A DNA stretch of 63,540 nucleotides, filler included, from Octopus bimaculoides (taxonomy: Eukaryota), in the NCBI RefSeq assembly GCF_001194135.2. It is 6 parts of 5 records of this genome, joined end to end, with 100 filler letters (N's around TTAATTAATTAA, not from the genome) between each part and the next. Parts side by side here need not be neighbours in the genome. Positions count along the whole stretch, not along the records: positions 1 to 6,837 come from NC_069002.1; positions 6,938 to 14,221 come from NC_068992.1; 4 more parts are not named here. One strand, written 5' to 3'. Under the pieces are notes generated by a model that was given only the letters and a program-made list of their open reading frames with translations, was not told the origin of the DNA and did no database searches. Position numbers and translations under genes: made by a program. Below are positions 1 through 11,014 of this stretch, in pieces (the first letter of the stretch is position 1; the number at the start of each line of letters is the position of its first letter).

Positions 1-289
1 TTTGAATGGTGTGAATACATAAAGTTGTTTGCTCAATTGTGATTGGGTTAGGGTTAGGGTATATATATATTTATATATATATATATAGGTATATGGTTCA
101 TATCACAAGGTGATGTCTTATCTCCATTTAAAACTGGTTAAATAAGTACTAACATACACAAACACTCACTAGCACACATTTTATGCATACATATTAAATA
201 ACTTATCTATGTATAGAATATATATATATATGTATATATTTAATGTTTTTTTTTTTTTGTTTGTTTGTTTGTTTCTGTCTCCCAAACAG

Positions 290-439
290 TCTATAACAAG
301 TCTTGTAGCCTTAGACATTCAGACTGATCGTATCACATGGTTGAAGATGTCTCGAAACCTTGATGTAGTCGACTGGAATCAAACAATGATTTTCAATAAG
401 CTCTATATGAAATATGATGTTACTGCATACTTTGAAAAG
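290..439 (+). CDS. TEFM: Mitochondrial transcription elongation factor TEFM, penultimate exon (RuvC-like pseudonuclease domain)
   Basis: Pyrimidine tract and cag acceptor at 287-289, AAG|gtattc donor, 150 nt, phase 0/0. SITSLVALDIQTDRITWLKMSRNLDVVDWNQ...YFEK resembles the vertebrate TEFM segment recalled as SIISIVFGTRRIAWAHLDRKLTVLDWQQ...YLEE. Confidence 0.8.
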
Positions 440-669
440 GTATTCTCTTTTCGTTCATATTGCAACTAACTCTGTGTAACACAATTTTTATTTATTCATT
501 TATTTTGTGTTTTGGCTGGTGTTATTTCCTATTTGTTTCTCTCTAGAAATCAAAGGGAATAACTACCATTCCCTTCAAACTTTGCTTCTGTGACCTGGGC
601 TTCAGTGTTTCGAAACTGACTTTATCTTCCATTACATTTCAGACTGATTCAGCACTGAGTGGCTGAAGC

Positions 670-740
670 AGAATTTTCTAGAACTTTCAAGAACTTCCAG
701 AATGTTCTGGTAGTATAAATACAGGGATTGTAAGCTCAGT
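670..740 (+). promoter_or_regulatory. Heat-shock element array with TATA box and Inr-like TCAGT
   Basis: aGAAt tTTCt aGAAc tTTCa aGAAc at 670-694, then cTTCc aGAAt gTTCt at 694-708, TATAAATA at 714-721 and TCAGT at 736-740. Function is inferred. Confidence 0.55.
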
Positions 741-1132
741 GTGTGCAGAAAAGCATAAATGTTACGTTTTGCTTATATATTGTGTTTGTGTTCAGCTGTT
801 CAACAGCTGTTTCATTAGGATATCATTAAATGTATAACTATATAATAAAATTTCAAAGTTCTCTTTACTAAAATCATCAGGAATGTTATGTTAATCAGAA
901 AACTGCTACATTTATGCTAATTATGTTGCTGTAAAAGATTGTTTTAACTCATTATGTATATATTTGTGAGTCTGGATTTACTGCAATGTAATAACAAGTG
1001 ACAGTTTAATGACCTGGAGGAAATCCAGGCATTTGATTGGATTTGAAACTAATAGTAATTGTAACATTTTTATTAATCTACAAGAATATTTTATATACAG
1101 CATTAAAATTGATATATAAATTATTTCTTCAG

Positions 1133-1552
1133 ATTCATAATTGCATTGAAAACCTACCTAAGGCAAGTATATACACCCTGGAGAATAAGACCTACCGCTA
1201 CCCAAGTCTACGAGTCGTACCATTTGTTGTCAGTCTGCGAACCATCGAATCAATGTTGGTGACCATGTTAAACCATAACTACAACGTGGACAAAACTCAT
1301 CGTGTTTACACCATCAGGCCCAATGCCATTAACAGACTCTTTAACCTGTCCATCGGTGGTGAACGAGTGAGTGGGCAACACATATTCAGAGACATCATCA
1401 ACCACAAAAGAACATACTGTGACCTTGACGTAAATATATCTAAGCCGCTCTCCGACCGCTTCTTCCAGTACGATACAGTGCAGCAAGAAAAGATAACCTG
1501 TTGCTTACTACAAGCTCTATCATTTTATAAATTAATTATTCTCAATAAATGA
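1133..1552 (+). CDS. TEFM: TEFM terminal exon
   Basis: ttatttcttcag| acceptor in phase 0. IHNCIENLPKASIYTLE...IESMLVTMLN...NAINRLFNLSIGGERVSG...CLLQALSFYKL* parallels the TEFM C-terminus (MPKADFYVLE, MEAMLYALLN, NAVGKHFELMIGDSRTSG, SLLQAIAFYEL). Confidence 0.85.
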   Translation: MHNCIENLPKASIYTLENKTYRYPSLRVVPFVVSLRTIESMLVTMLNHNYNVDKTHRVYTIRPNAINRLFNLSIGGERVSGQHIFRDIINHKRTYCDLDVNISKPLSDRFFQYDTVQQEKITCCLLQALSFYKLIILNK

Positions 1553-2409
1553 ATCTTTTATTTCATACTCGATTCAATCATTAGACCGTGGCCATGCTGG
1601 GGCACTGCCTCAAAGAATTTTTAGTCAGATGTATCAAACCCAGTAATTATTCTTTTAAAACCTGCTACTTATTCTATCAGTTTCTTTTGTTGAATCGCTA
1701 AGTCCGTTGTATACTCATTTACTTGTTTCAGTCATTTGACTGCGGCCATGCTGGGGCACCGCCTTTAGTTGAGCAAATCGACCCCAGGACTTATTCTTTG
1801 TAAGCCTAGAACTTATTTTATCGTTCTCTTTTTGCCGAACCGCTAAGTTACTGGGACGTAAACACACCAGCATCGGTTGTCAAGTGCCACTAAAGCATTC
1901 TGCCCAGCATGCTAACAGTTCTGCCAGCTCGCTACCTTGTTTCTAACAAATCATCATCATCATGAAATTTTAATAAGTTCTAATTTCATCATCAACATTT
2001 AAGGTCCATTTTCCATGCTGGCAATGGGTTGGACGGCTTGATAGGAACTGGCAAGGCCCGTAGCTACCCCAGGTGATTTTTTTTGCAAGAGGAGTTAAGT
2101 TGATTACATTGACCTCCAGTGTTTCACTGGTACTTAATGTATCAACTTCAAAAGGATAAACGGCAAAGTTGACCTCGGCAGAATTTGAACTCGGAATGTA
2201 ACGGCAGATGAAATACTGCTGAGCATTCCACCTGGCAAGCTAACAATTCTACCAGCTCACCACCTTAATAATGATAAATCAAACAACCAACATTATCCTC
2301 AATGGAAGGGGAAATCAAACTCATTTCTTTTCTTCTGTTTTTTACATTCCAAAGTTTTTTAATAAAATACAAAAATTATATATATATATATGTATCAGTG
2401 TATTGATAG

Positions 2410-2444
<35 letters not shown>

Positions 2445-2460
2445 TATATATATAATACAG

Positions 2461-2660
2461 ATAAATGAGTATGTGCATATACGCGTACATGTATGTACAT
2501 ACCTACATCTACCTGTATATATATATAGATGCATATCTGGATACAGGACGTTGCAAAATAAACGTGGACAAAATGATAAACAGAGTACAGAAAACACACA
2601 GGCCACATAGAGAACATTTCCTTCGTCAGCTGCCACCATTCTAAAACTAAACATTTCGAA
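2461..2660. repeat. ~200-bp dispersed repeat; second copy at 28365-28555 in the same orientation
   Basis: Near-identical ggacaaaatgataaacagagtacagaaaacacacaggccacatagagaacatttccttc..cagctgccaccattctaaaa in both copies. Confidence 0.8.
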
Positions 2661-3673
2661 GAGTTAGGGTATATATATATATATATATATATNNNNNNNN
2701 NNNNNNNNNNNNNNNNNNNNNNNNNNNNNNNNNNNNNNNNNNNNNNNNNNNNNNNNNNNNNNNNNNNNNNNNNNNNNNNNNNNNNNNNNNNNNNNNNNNN
2801 NNNNNNNNNNNNNNNNNNNNNNNNNNNNNNNNNNNNNNNNNNNNNNNNNNNNNNNNNNNNNNNNNNNNNNNNNNNNNNNNNNNNNNNNNNNNNNNNNNNN
2901 NNNNNNNNNNNNNNNNNNNNNNNNNNNNNNNNNNNNNNNNNNNNNNNNNNNNNNNNNNNNNNNNNNNNNNNNNNNNNNNNNNNNNNNNNNNNNNNNNNNN
3001 NNNNNNNNNNNNNNNNNNNNNNNNNNNNNNNNNNNNNNNNNNNNNNNNNNNNNNNNNNNNNNNNNNNNNNNNNNNNNNNNNNNNNNNNNNNNNNNNNNNN
3101 NNNNNNNNNNNNNNNNNNNNNNNNNNNNNNNNNNNNNNNNNNNNNNNNNNNNNNNNNNNNNNNNNNNNNNNNNNNNNNNNNNNNNNNNNNNNNNNNNTAT
3201 ATATATATATATATACGATTTTGTTTTTTATGTTCTTGTTTCTCTTTTTGTCTACATTTTTTTTAATGTCCTGTACCCATATATGCATGTATATATACAT
3301 ATATATGTAGGTAAGTACATATGTATGTATATATGCATATATTTATATATTATTTATATTATTATATGATTGAACACTATGCATCCTTTTCCAAGTAAGT
3401 TTTATCTATCTACACACACACATATATATATAGTTCAAATTTACAGAAAAACAAAAGATGAAGACAGGTGTAAGAACAACAAGCAGGTGTATTAGTTTGA
3501 CACTCAAGAAAAATGGAAAATTCATTTATGTTTCAAGCCTACATACATACACACACACATACATACATACATAGACATGTGTATGCGCGCATATACAAAG
3601 GTATTAATATAAGTTCATTTATTTTTTGGTAATTATTTTCAGTTCTTGCTAATACACTTGATGACAGAGTTCT

Positions 3674-3793
3674 TCATGCTTCTAATCCAATTGATTTCAA
3701 GTACTGCTTTCGACACTCTAAGTCGTCAGATGGTCTCACGTGTGGCGTCCATATAGGCACTCCTTTGAAAAGCCGCATAGCTTTGATGTATTT
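3674..3793 (-). CDS. ADI1: Acireductone dioxygenase, terminal exon
   Basis: ttttccatttttctcag| acceptor; KYIKAMRLFKGVPIWTPHVRPSDDLECRKQYLKSIGLEA* matches the ARD C-terminal YxKAMRLFxGxPxWTP motif. Confidence 0.93.
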   Translation of the reverse strand, partial: KYIKAMRLFKGVPIWTPHVRPSDDLECRKQYLKSIGLEA

Positions 3794-4941
3794 CTGAGAA
3801 AAATGGAAAAGAGAAAACTTACAAATCACATATGCAAACACAAGATTTATATATATATATAGAGAGAGAGAGAGAGAAAGAGAGAGGTGTGTGGCTATAT
3901 TGTAAGAAGCTTGCTTCCCAACCACACGGTTCTAAGTTCAGTCCCACTCTGTGGCACCTTAGGTAGCTTCAAGCCTACCAAAGCCTTACAAGGGGATTTG
4001 GTAGGTGGAAACTAAAAGAAGCTTAGTATACGTGTGTCTGTCTGTCTGTCTGTATACCCCCCACCCCATACTGCTTGATAGCTGATGTTTTTGTGCTTAC
4101 ATCCCCATAACTTAGCGGTTCAACAAAACAGAGAGAAATCCACCGTGTGTATTTATTACATGCTAGAAAGAGCAGTCAAGACCCATACCACAAAAAGAAA
4201 GATTCTTCTTTGTAGGCAGGCGGGATATTTAAATGAATGAAAAAAAATCAATTAATTTTATACCCATGAGTATCACTATCAATGATCAATTAAATCAATT
4301 AATTAATCAATAAATTGATTAATTGGCCATCTGTAGATCCTCAGTAACATCGCTGAACAATGCATAATTATGAAACTACAATACATACCAAAAACCACAC
4401 GCATGCTTAGTTCCATCTTTATACATCATGGATTCAAAATTAAATATCCTTAAAACATCATACCAAGCCAGAATTGTACCGCAGTGAATAAATTTGACAG
4501 GGTGATGCCCAGCTGAAGAAGCGAAATATTTAACTATATAAATACAGGGTAAAAATTATTAAAAAATAATTTTTTACCAGTTGTCAGCATGTGTAATTAG
4601 AAGTCAGAAGTAATTAAATGTCAGTGGTATGACTGCTCTTTCTAGCATGTAAGAAATGCACATAGTGGATTTCTCTCCGTGTATAAAATCTTATGTACTA
4701 TTACATAGAAATATTTATGCTCACTCTCTCCATCAAATTGACATTTCCTGAACACGTGCACTATATGCCATATGTCCAAGTGATAGCAGAGCAACGTGAG
4801 ATAAAGAGTTTTGCTGAAGAACACAACGCAACACCCAGTCTAGGAATTGAAATCAGGATCTCGCAATCATCAGTGCAACACCCTAACCACGAGGTGACAT
4901 ATCTTCACTAAAATGTAAAATAATAATGATGCCATTACAAC

Positions 4942-5121
4942 CTTGGAATCAAGGGTGAAACGATGGTAAAGCCCAGCTGGTAACACTATAAGATCTTTTT
5001 TCTCAACATATATACGGATCCACTTGTCATTTTTGTTTCGGATATCAAAGTAACCAGATCCATTCAATACCAAACGAACTTCATCATCAGTATGAAGATG
5101 TTCCGTGAAGAAGGTCTTGAG
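4942..5121 (-). CDS. ADI1: Acireductone dioxygenase, cupin metal-binding exon
   Basis: Poly-T plus ag acceptor, 180 nt, phase 0/0. [28 protein letters not shown]...[14 protein letters not shown] carries the EHxHxDxE and HRF metal ligands. Confidence 0.96.
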
Positions 5122-5220
5122 CTAAAAAAAAAAAAAGAAAACGGTAAAGAGACAACATCATGTAATGAGGATATTTTTCCAGATGAAGAAGAGCTAGTCT
5201 CTAATTGTGGAGGGAACCTG

Positions 5221-5600
5221 AGGAAGAGATAGACCCAGGAAGATGTGGGACAAGGTGGTGGAATATAAATCTTCAGATGTTCAGTCACATAGAAGCAATG
5301 ATAAGGGACTAAGACTTCTGGTGATCTGTTGTGCTTGAGAAGATAGTGTTTGTGCATGGAAGGTGCACAGGTACAATTAACACTAAAAATTTATAGAAAA
5401 TAAATTCCATCACATGTCAGAGAGGAAAACTAGAATTGTTCAATAGCTTCTATTACCTAGGTGACCAAGTTAATAGCTGGAGTGGATGCTCCAAGAGCGT
5501 AGCTGCTAGAATAAGAAAAGGTTGGTCAAAGTTCAGAGAGTTCCTACCTCTGCTGGTAACAAAGGGCCTCTTGTTCAGAGTGAAAGACAGACTGGATGAT
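5221..5600 (+). mobile_element. RTE-clade LINE fragments in an ADI1 intron
   Basis: YLGDQVNSWSGCSKSVAARIRKGWSKFREFLPLLVTKGL (5436-5600) is RT-adjacent RTE-type sequence; RPRKMWDKVV (~5230-5265) is an RTE C-terminal motif. Confidence 0.75.
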
Positions 5601-5852
5601 GAAGGGCATCCAGCTGTAGAAACCTTACCAATTCAGATCAGAACCAGACGCAGCATCCCTGCTCACCAGTTTTCAGCTAAACCATCCAAGCCATGTCAGC
5701 ATGAAAAGCAGATGATAATGAGGAGGAGGCTATAAGTTCTACAGAAAAACCTGTAGAGACAACCTTAACAAATAATAATAATAATGGTTTCAAATTTTGG
5801 CACAAGGCTAAGAACTCTGCAAGAAGAAGAAGAATAAGAAATGCACACTAAC

Positions 5853-5966
5853 CATATTATCGAAGTTGGGAAATCTAGAGGGATGGATGTCCACTGTATC
5901 ATCATAGGTGTAACCAAATTTTTGCTTTAAAGATTCAAATTCACCATTGTAGGAATCAACATCAAT
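5853..5966 (-). CDS. ADI1: Acireductone dioxygenase, probable exon 2
   Basis: ttttctcttttcag| acceptor, ATG|gttagt donor, 114 nt, phase 0/0. IDVDSYNGEFESLKQKFGYTYDDTVDIHPSRFPNFDNM aligns to ADI1 LDADKYE...YSWMDIITI...LPNYEEK. Confidence 0.88.
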
Positions 5967-6881
5967 CTGAAAAGAGAAAAATAAATGTTCTTAATAAATC
6001 TTTAGAAACACGAAAATGGATGTGGTTAAGAGTTTCCCTTCACTTCTCAAACACGTGGTTCTGGGTACAGTTCCAATGCATGGCACCTTGGACAAGTGTC
6101 TTCTGCTATAGCCCCAGGCTAACCAAAGCCTTATAAGTGGATTTGGAATAAGAAACTAAAAATAAAGTTCATCACACACACACACATACAGTACTAGACC
6201 AAATTTCTGGCAAACTTGGGCCTGGAAGTAGCCTGGATTTCTGGATTTTGGGGGATTTCCAGAGACAACCTAAATATAAATATAAAATATATAAACATAT
6301 ATAAAAAAGAAACTATATTGTGTTTTCTAGATTATGTGGGTTGCCCTTTGGCAAGGCATAACACCTGTTTAGACACCCTGCCAGGGATAAGGCAAAGTCA
6401 TGGTGATAGCAGCATGGTAGATTGTGAAAAGGTAGTGGAAGAGCTCAACTGAGCCAATCGTGTTTCTTACATTCATGCTGAGCAGAGGAATCTTAGAAGA
6501 TCAATGCTCAGGATCTTTGAGCTCTATAAAAGAGTAACTGCAGCACATCCATATAAAACACATATTGCTAGGTTTGTACCACCCCCTTGAGACCCAACTA
6601 CACTCTAGATGAAATATATAGAACGCCTCATAAGTAATATAAATGTCCTAAATTCAGTGGTGGTGTTAATGAAGTTGTTATGCATTAATTTAATGTTAAA
6701 TTTATTTTTATTACTGTATATTGGTTTATACATAAATATATACAAGATCTACACAGATATAAGAGTTAGAACTTGAGATCTACTCGTGGACCTTTTTCCT
6801 AGGAAATTTTTGCCTGCTACACTAAAAAGTTTCCCCANNNNNNNNNNNNNNNNNNNNNNNNNNNNNNNNNNNNNNNNNNNN

Positions 6882-6893
6882 TTAATTAATTAA
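6882..6893. other. Artificial scaffold linker TTAATTAATTAA embedded in Ns; also at 14266, 40675, 48102, 53348
   Basis: The identical 12-mer (stops in all six frames) is centred in ~100-nt N runs five times. Confidence 0.92.
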
Positions 6894-7164
6894 NNNNNNN
6901 NNNNNNNNNNNNNNNNNNNNNNNNNNNNNNNNNNNNNATGTGTACACACATACTCTCACACACTCCCTCTCCTATATACTATTTTGACATTATTAAATGC
7001 AGAGAGATTGTACATATGTCGTAAAATGATATGCTTTCTTTCCCTGGCTCTCTTTCAGTCTCCCTCTCTATCTCTCGCTGTGTGTGTGTGTATGTGTTTG
7101 TCTGCGTATACATATCTATATCTATACCTATATCTATATATATATCTATATCTATATCTATATC

Positions 7165-7211
<47 letters not shown>

Positions 7212-7849
7212 CTATATATATACATTTTTTTTAATATTTGTAATATAAAAAATCTGAGAATGGAGTTACTATATTCATTTTGCTACATTGTTTACAATTG
7301 TTTCATTAATTTCCATAACCAATCTTGCGTAGTTATGCACATTCATTCATTAACACATATACGCGATCCCATACACACTCTCAAACACACACACATGTAT
7401 ATACACATACTTACAAACCTTTCCATCATGAATTCGAATCGCAGCAAATTCGGTAACGCTCTGTTCCATGCTTCCATTAACCGTCTTAATTTCTTATATA
7501 ATTAAGAGAATGCATAGACAAATTCTCTGGTTGACTTTAAAACGGAGACAAACACCATTCCTCCATGTGATTGGCTTGAAAAATTATTAAGACATTAAGG
7601 TAGCTTTCTTAATATGAAACCAATGGTAGTCTTAATCTACGCACACGCACCCGCACATATATAATACATAGTTATGGCATGGGTATGATTTATGTCCTGA
7701 TTATGACTTGAAACTGCATTCATTAGTGGGGTTCTGGTTCTGGAATGAGGGGTCCCTAGCTGTGACATTTGCTAGGTTTCACATGGTTTCTCATCATCAC
7801 CCTTCTCTCTGTCAGTAGATTCACGGAGTCTCAGAGAATGGTACTCGTT

Positions 7850-7995
7850 TACATTATTTACATTTTTACGGATATTTGTCCTCATCTTGTTTGTTGTTAT
7901 CACAACGTTTTGACTGATATACCCTCCAGCCTTCATCAGGTGTCTTGGAGAAATTTCGAACCTGGATTCTCATTCCTAAGGTATTTTTCGATGTT
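7850..7995 (-). mobile_element. Short repeat carrying a degenerate minimal hammerhead motif
   Basis: Minus strand reads CAC CUGAUGA A GGCUG(10 nt)CAGUC AAA ACGU U GUG at 7901-7942, with G12 replaced by A. Confidence 0.55.
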
Positions 7996-8006
7996 GTTGT
8001 TGTTGT

Positions 8007-8071
<65 letters not shown>

Positions 8072-8094
8072 TTCTTCTTCTTCTTCTTCTTCTT

Positions 8095-8183
<89 letters not shown>
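7996..8183. repeat. Compound (GTT)(CTT)n(ATT)n microsatellite, representative of dozens of (AT)n, (CA)n, (AG)n, (ATCT)n, (TAA)n and (ATC)n tracts across the window
   Basis: Seen directly. These tracts account for most of the long low-complexity ORFs in the ORF track. Confidence 0.95.
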
Positions 8184-8185
<2 letters not shown>

Positions 8186-8262
8186 GCTCACGGGCATATG
8201 GTGTAGTGGTTAAGAGCGCGGGCTACTATCCCCAAGTTTCCGAGTTCGATTCCAAGCAGTAA

Positions 8263-8267
<5 letters not shown>
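8186..8267 (+). mobile_element. tRNA-derived SINE head (Pol III A and B boxes) followed by (TAA)n
   Basis: TGGTGTAGTGGTTAAG (A-box-like) and GAGTTCGATTCC (B-box); no 3' acceptor-stem strand. Confidence 0.65.
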
Positions 8268-8324
<57 letters not shown>

Positions 8325-8326
<2 letters not shown>

Positions 8327-9660
8327 TGATAGAAAAATCTGCAAGCTACTGACTTGTAATAAGATGCACCATCCAAAGGCAGGCGTGGATCATCGCCTTT
8401 ACCTTCCCAGAGCTCAGGGAGGTCGAGGCTTGATCCAGCTTGAACTTACGTACAAAACCACCACAATCGGAATGGCCAAATACCTTGAAACAACCAACGT
8501 TTGGATGCTAAAACTTGTTGAAAAATATGAAAGATCGAAAAAACTTCACTCTATTCTGAAAGAGAGCAAAAAATTCACTACTGATCTCTTAGATACTTAC
8601 CAGCTTAGTCAAGTTGAAGGAAATGTGCCAACTGCTGCTGCAAAGAAAATAAAGTTAATTGCAAAGACAAAAGAACATGAAAAATTAGCTCGCAGATGGG
8701 AACAGAAACCTCTGCAATGGCAAATATGTGGCCCGTAGCAAACAAGCTGATGTCGACCAGAAACACACGCATCAATGGTTATGAAGCTCAAGGCTAAAAA
8801 GCAGAGAGTGAAGGTTTCATATTATCTGATCAAGACCAAAACTTATTAACCCGGAACTACCAAGCCAATGTGATAAAAAATGGAGCTGATCCAAAATGCC
8901 GATTCTGTAACGATGAAATTGAAACTATAGACCACCTAATCTCAGGGTGTAGAGTCTTAGCACCTGTAGAATATAAAGCAAGACATGACAGAGTCGGCTA
9001 GTATTTACACTGGACAATATGCCGGCATTATAAAATCAAAACCGCTGACAAATGTTGTAAACACCATCCTGAAGCTGTGACTCAGGGAAAAAATGTTTCA
9101 ATTCTCTGGGACTTCTCGTACATACCGACAAAACTATAAAAGCTAATACGCCGGATATCATTATAAAAGATCAGACAAAAAAGATGTGTTTATTAATTGA
9201 CATGAGTATTCCTTGCGATCACAATATAGCGGCGAAAGTATTTGACAAGATCAGTAAATATAAAGACTTGCTAATAGAAATTGAAAAAATGTGGCATCTC
9301 AAGGCGACTACCGTACCAGTGATTGTTGGATCTCTAGGAATGATAAAAAAAGGTACTGAATCCTATTAGAAAATGATACCAGGCCTACCATCCCTACAGG
9401 AAGTGCAAAAAATCGTGTTAACTGGAACGACTCATGTACTGAGAAGATCATTATCGCTGTGAAAACAATATCCATTAATGAATTTATTTATTTATTAATT
9501 TTTTTTACGTACATATTTTACCGTGATTTTGCGTGTATAAAAATGGCGGACTAATGCACTACATTTTGCTTTTCATTCAAGGAAGCTAATATATGTTAGC
9601 TTTAGTTTCAGTCGACAAAATGAAACAAATTACCGTACTGAGCATCCTAAATTTCTATTA
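8325..9660 (+). mobile_element. 5'-truncated R4/Dong-clade non-LTR retrotransposon (RLE type), pseudogenised
   Basis: HPKA..RLYLPRAQGGRGL, CRFC..ETIDHLISGC (CCHC), PDIII..LIDMSIPCD..KISKYKDL (PD-(D/E)xK endonuclease). Contains frameshifts and stops and starts immediately after a (TAA)n tract. Confidence 0.88.
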
Positions 9661-9732
9661 TTACCGTACGTGTCTGTCTGACTGTCTGTATGTATGTTTG
9701 TGTGAATGTATGTATGCATGCAAACGTACATA

Positions 9733-9798
<66 letters not shown>

Positions 9799-9843
9799 CA
9801 CACACACACACACAAACGCGCACACACACACACATATATATAT

Positions 9844-10078
9844 AAAGGCGGCGAGCTGGCAGAAACGTTAGCACGCCGGGCGAAATGCTTAGCGGTATTT
9901 CGTCTGCCGCTACGTTCTGAGTTCAAATTCCGCCGAGGTCGACTTTGCTTGTCATCCTTTCGGGGTCGAATAAATAAGTACCAGTTACGCACTGGGGTCG
10001 ATGTAATCGATTTAATCCGTTTGTCTGTCCTTGTTTGTCCCCTCTGTGTGTAGCCCCTTATGGGTAGTAAATAAATAA
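9844..10078 (+). mobile_element. SINE family A (GGCGGCGAGCTGGCAGAAACG head). Other copies: + 35836-36068, 36893-37075, 45198-45400; - 2085-2270, 13550-13760, 28740-28950, 32485-32660, 44080-44285, 47830-48056
   Basis: Repeated core gttctgagttcaaattc...gaggtcgactttgcctttcatcctttcggggtcgata shared among these dispersed copies. Boundaries approximate. Confidence 0.8.
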
Positions 10079-10466
10079 CATATATATATATATATATACA
10101 GACAGTAATTTACTAAAAAGCGCGTGTGTATAACATATATGACATTGTCAAATGTCTCACAGCTGTTAAAATATTAGGTTTACCTAGACACATACATACA
10201 TACCTATAGCACAAGCATATTCACAGAGGTCAACACACACTATCACAAACGTACACGCACACGCACACACAAACACATTTATAAAGAAAGAGCTAAAATC
10301 TATCTTGAGCCTCTCTGTCCATTAAGACGTAGCTTTATCTGTTTACTTGACATTTAATCGACAGAAACACCCGCACGCAGATACACACACCACACCACAC
10401 ACGAGCACAGACACACACGCAGTCACGCTTACACACACATATAATAGCCGTGGAACAGAGTGAACA

Positions 10467-10522
<56 letters not shown>

Positions 10523-10684
10523 AGCGAAAGGGAGAGACAATGCGATAAGCTTTAGATAAATAATTTTTATTACAGCCATAGTGTACTCTCTAGTAGTGAC
10601 CTGAGTAGTTGTCTACCATATGCACTGGATCTTGTAAACTGTCTCTGCATCAACCCCCACACGCATATGTTCAAACGTGTGTGT

Positions 10685-10724
<40 letters not shown>

Positions 10725-10774
10725 GCAAAGAGTTCATTAGTGTAAAAGAAAGTAGAAAAAATAGTGCTCGAATA

Positions 10775-10959
10775 TGCTTTTATTAAAGCTGCAAAATTAT
10801 CCCTAGATTGTTACTCCAAGTTTCATGATCCCGCATGTTGTCGGATAGTTGTGATGAATGTGATGTAATGCGTACGCGCATATTCGTCACGACTGTCCGA
10901 CGAACGGGAACGTGAAACCCTGAGCAAAAGTCTTGTGATAATTTTGCAGCTTTGATAAA

Positions 10960-10963
<4 letters not shown>
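10775..10963. repeat. 189-bp imperfect fold-back element (MITE-like) with a pre-miRNA-like core
   Basis: 27-bp terminal inverted repeats with 1 mismatch (10775-10801 / 10937-10963) and an inner 23-bp stem (10840-10862 / 10879-10901). Confidence 0.7.

Positions 10964-11014
<51 letters not shown>

Noticed and set aside
794-840. GAAACAGCUGU hammerhead half on the minus strand beside the HSE cassette
   Set aside because: The upstream core is too degenerate (UUAAUGA). It is only a weak hint of Penelope-like origin.
4510-4535. CUGAAGA-AGC-GAAAUAUU hammerhead-like string
   Set aside because: No room for stem II and no stem I pairing.
8186-8267. tRNA gene (also the heads at ~26290-26345, 36225-36290 and 61545-61605)
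   Set aside because: A and B boxes are present, but no complete cloverleaf or acceptor stem was seen and the heads continue into repeat bodies. They are SINE heads.
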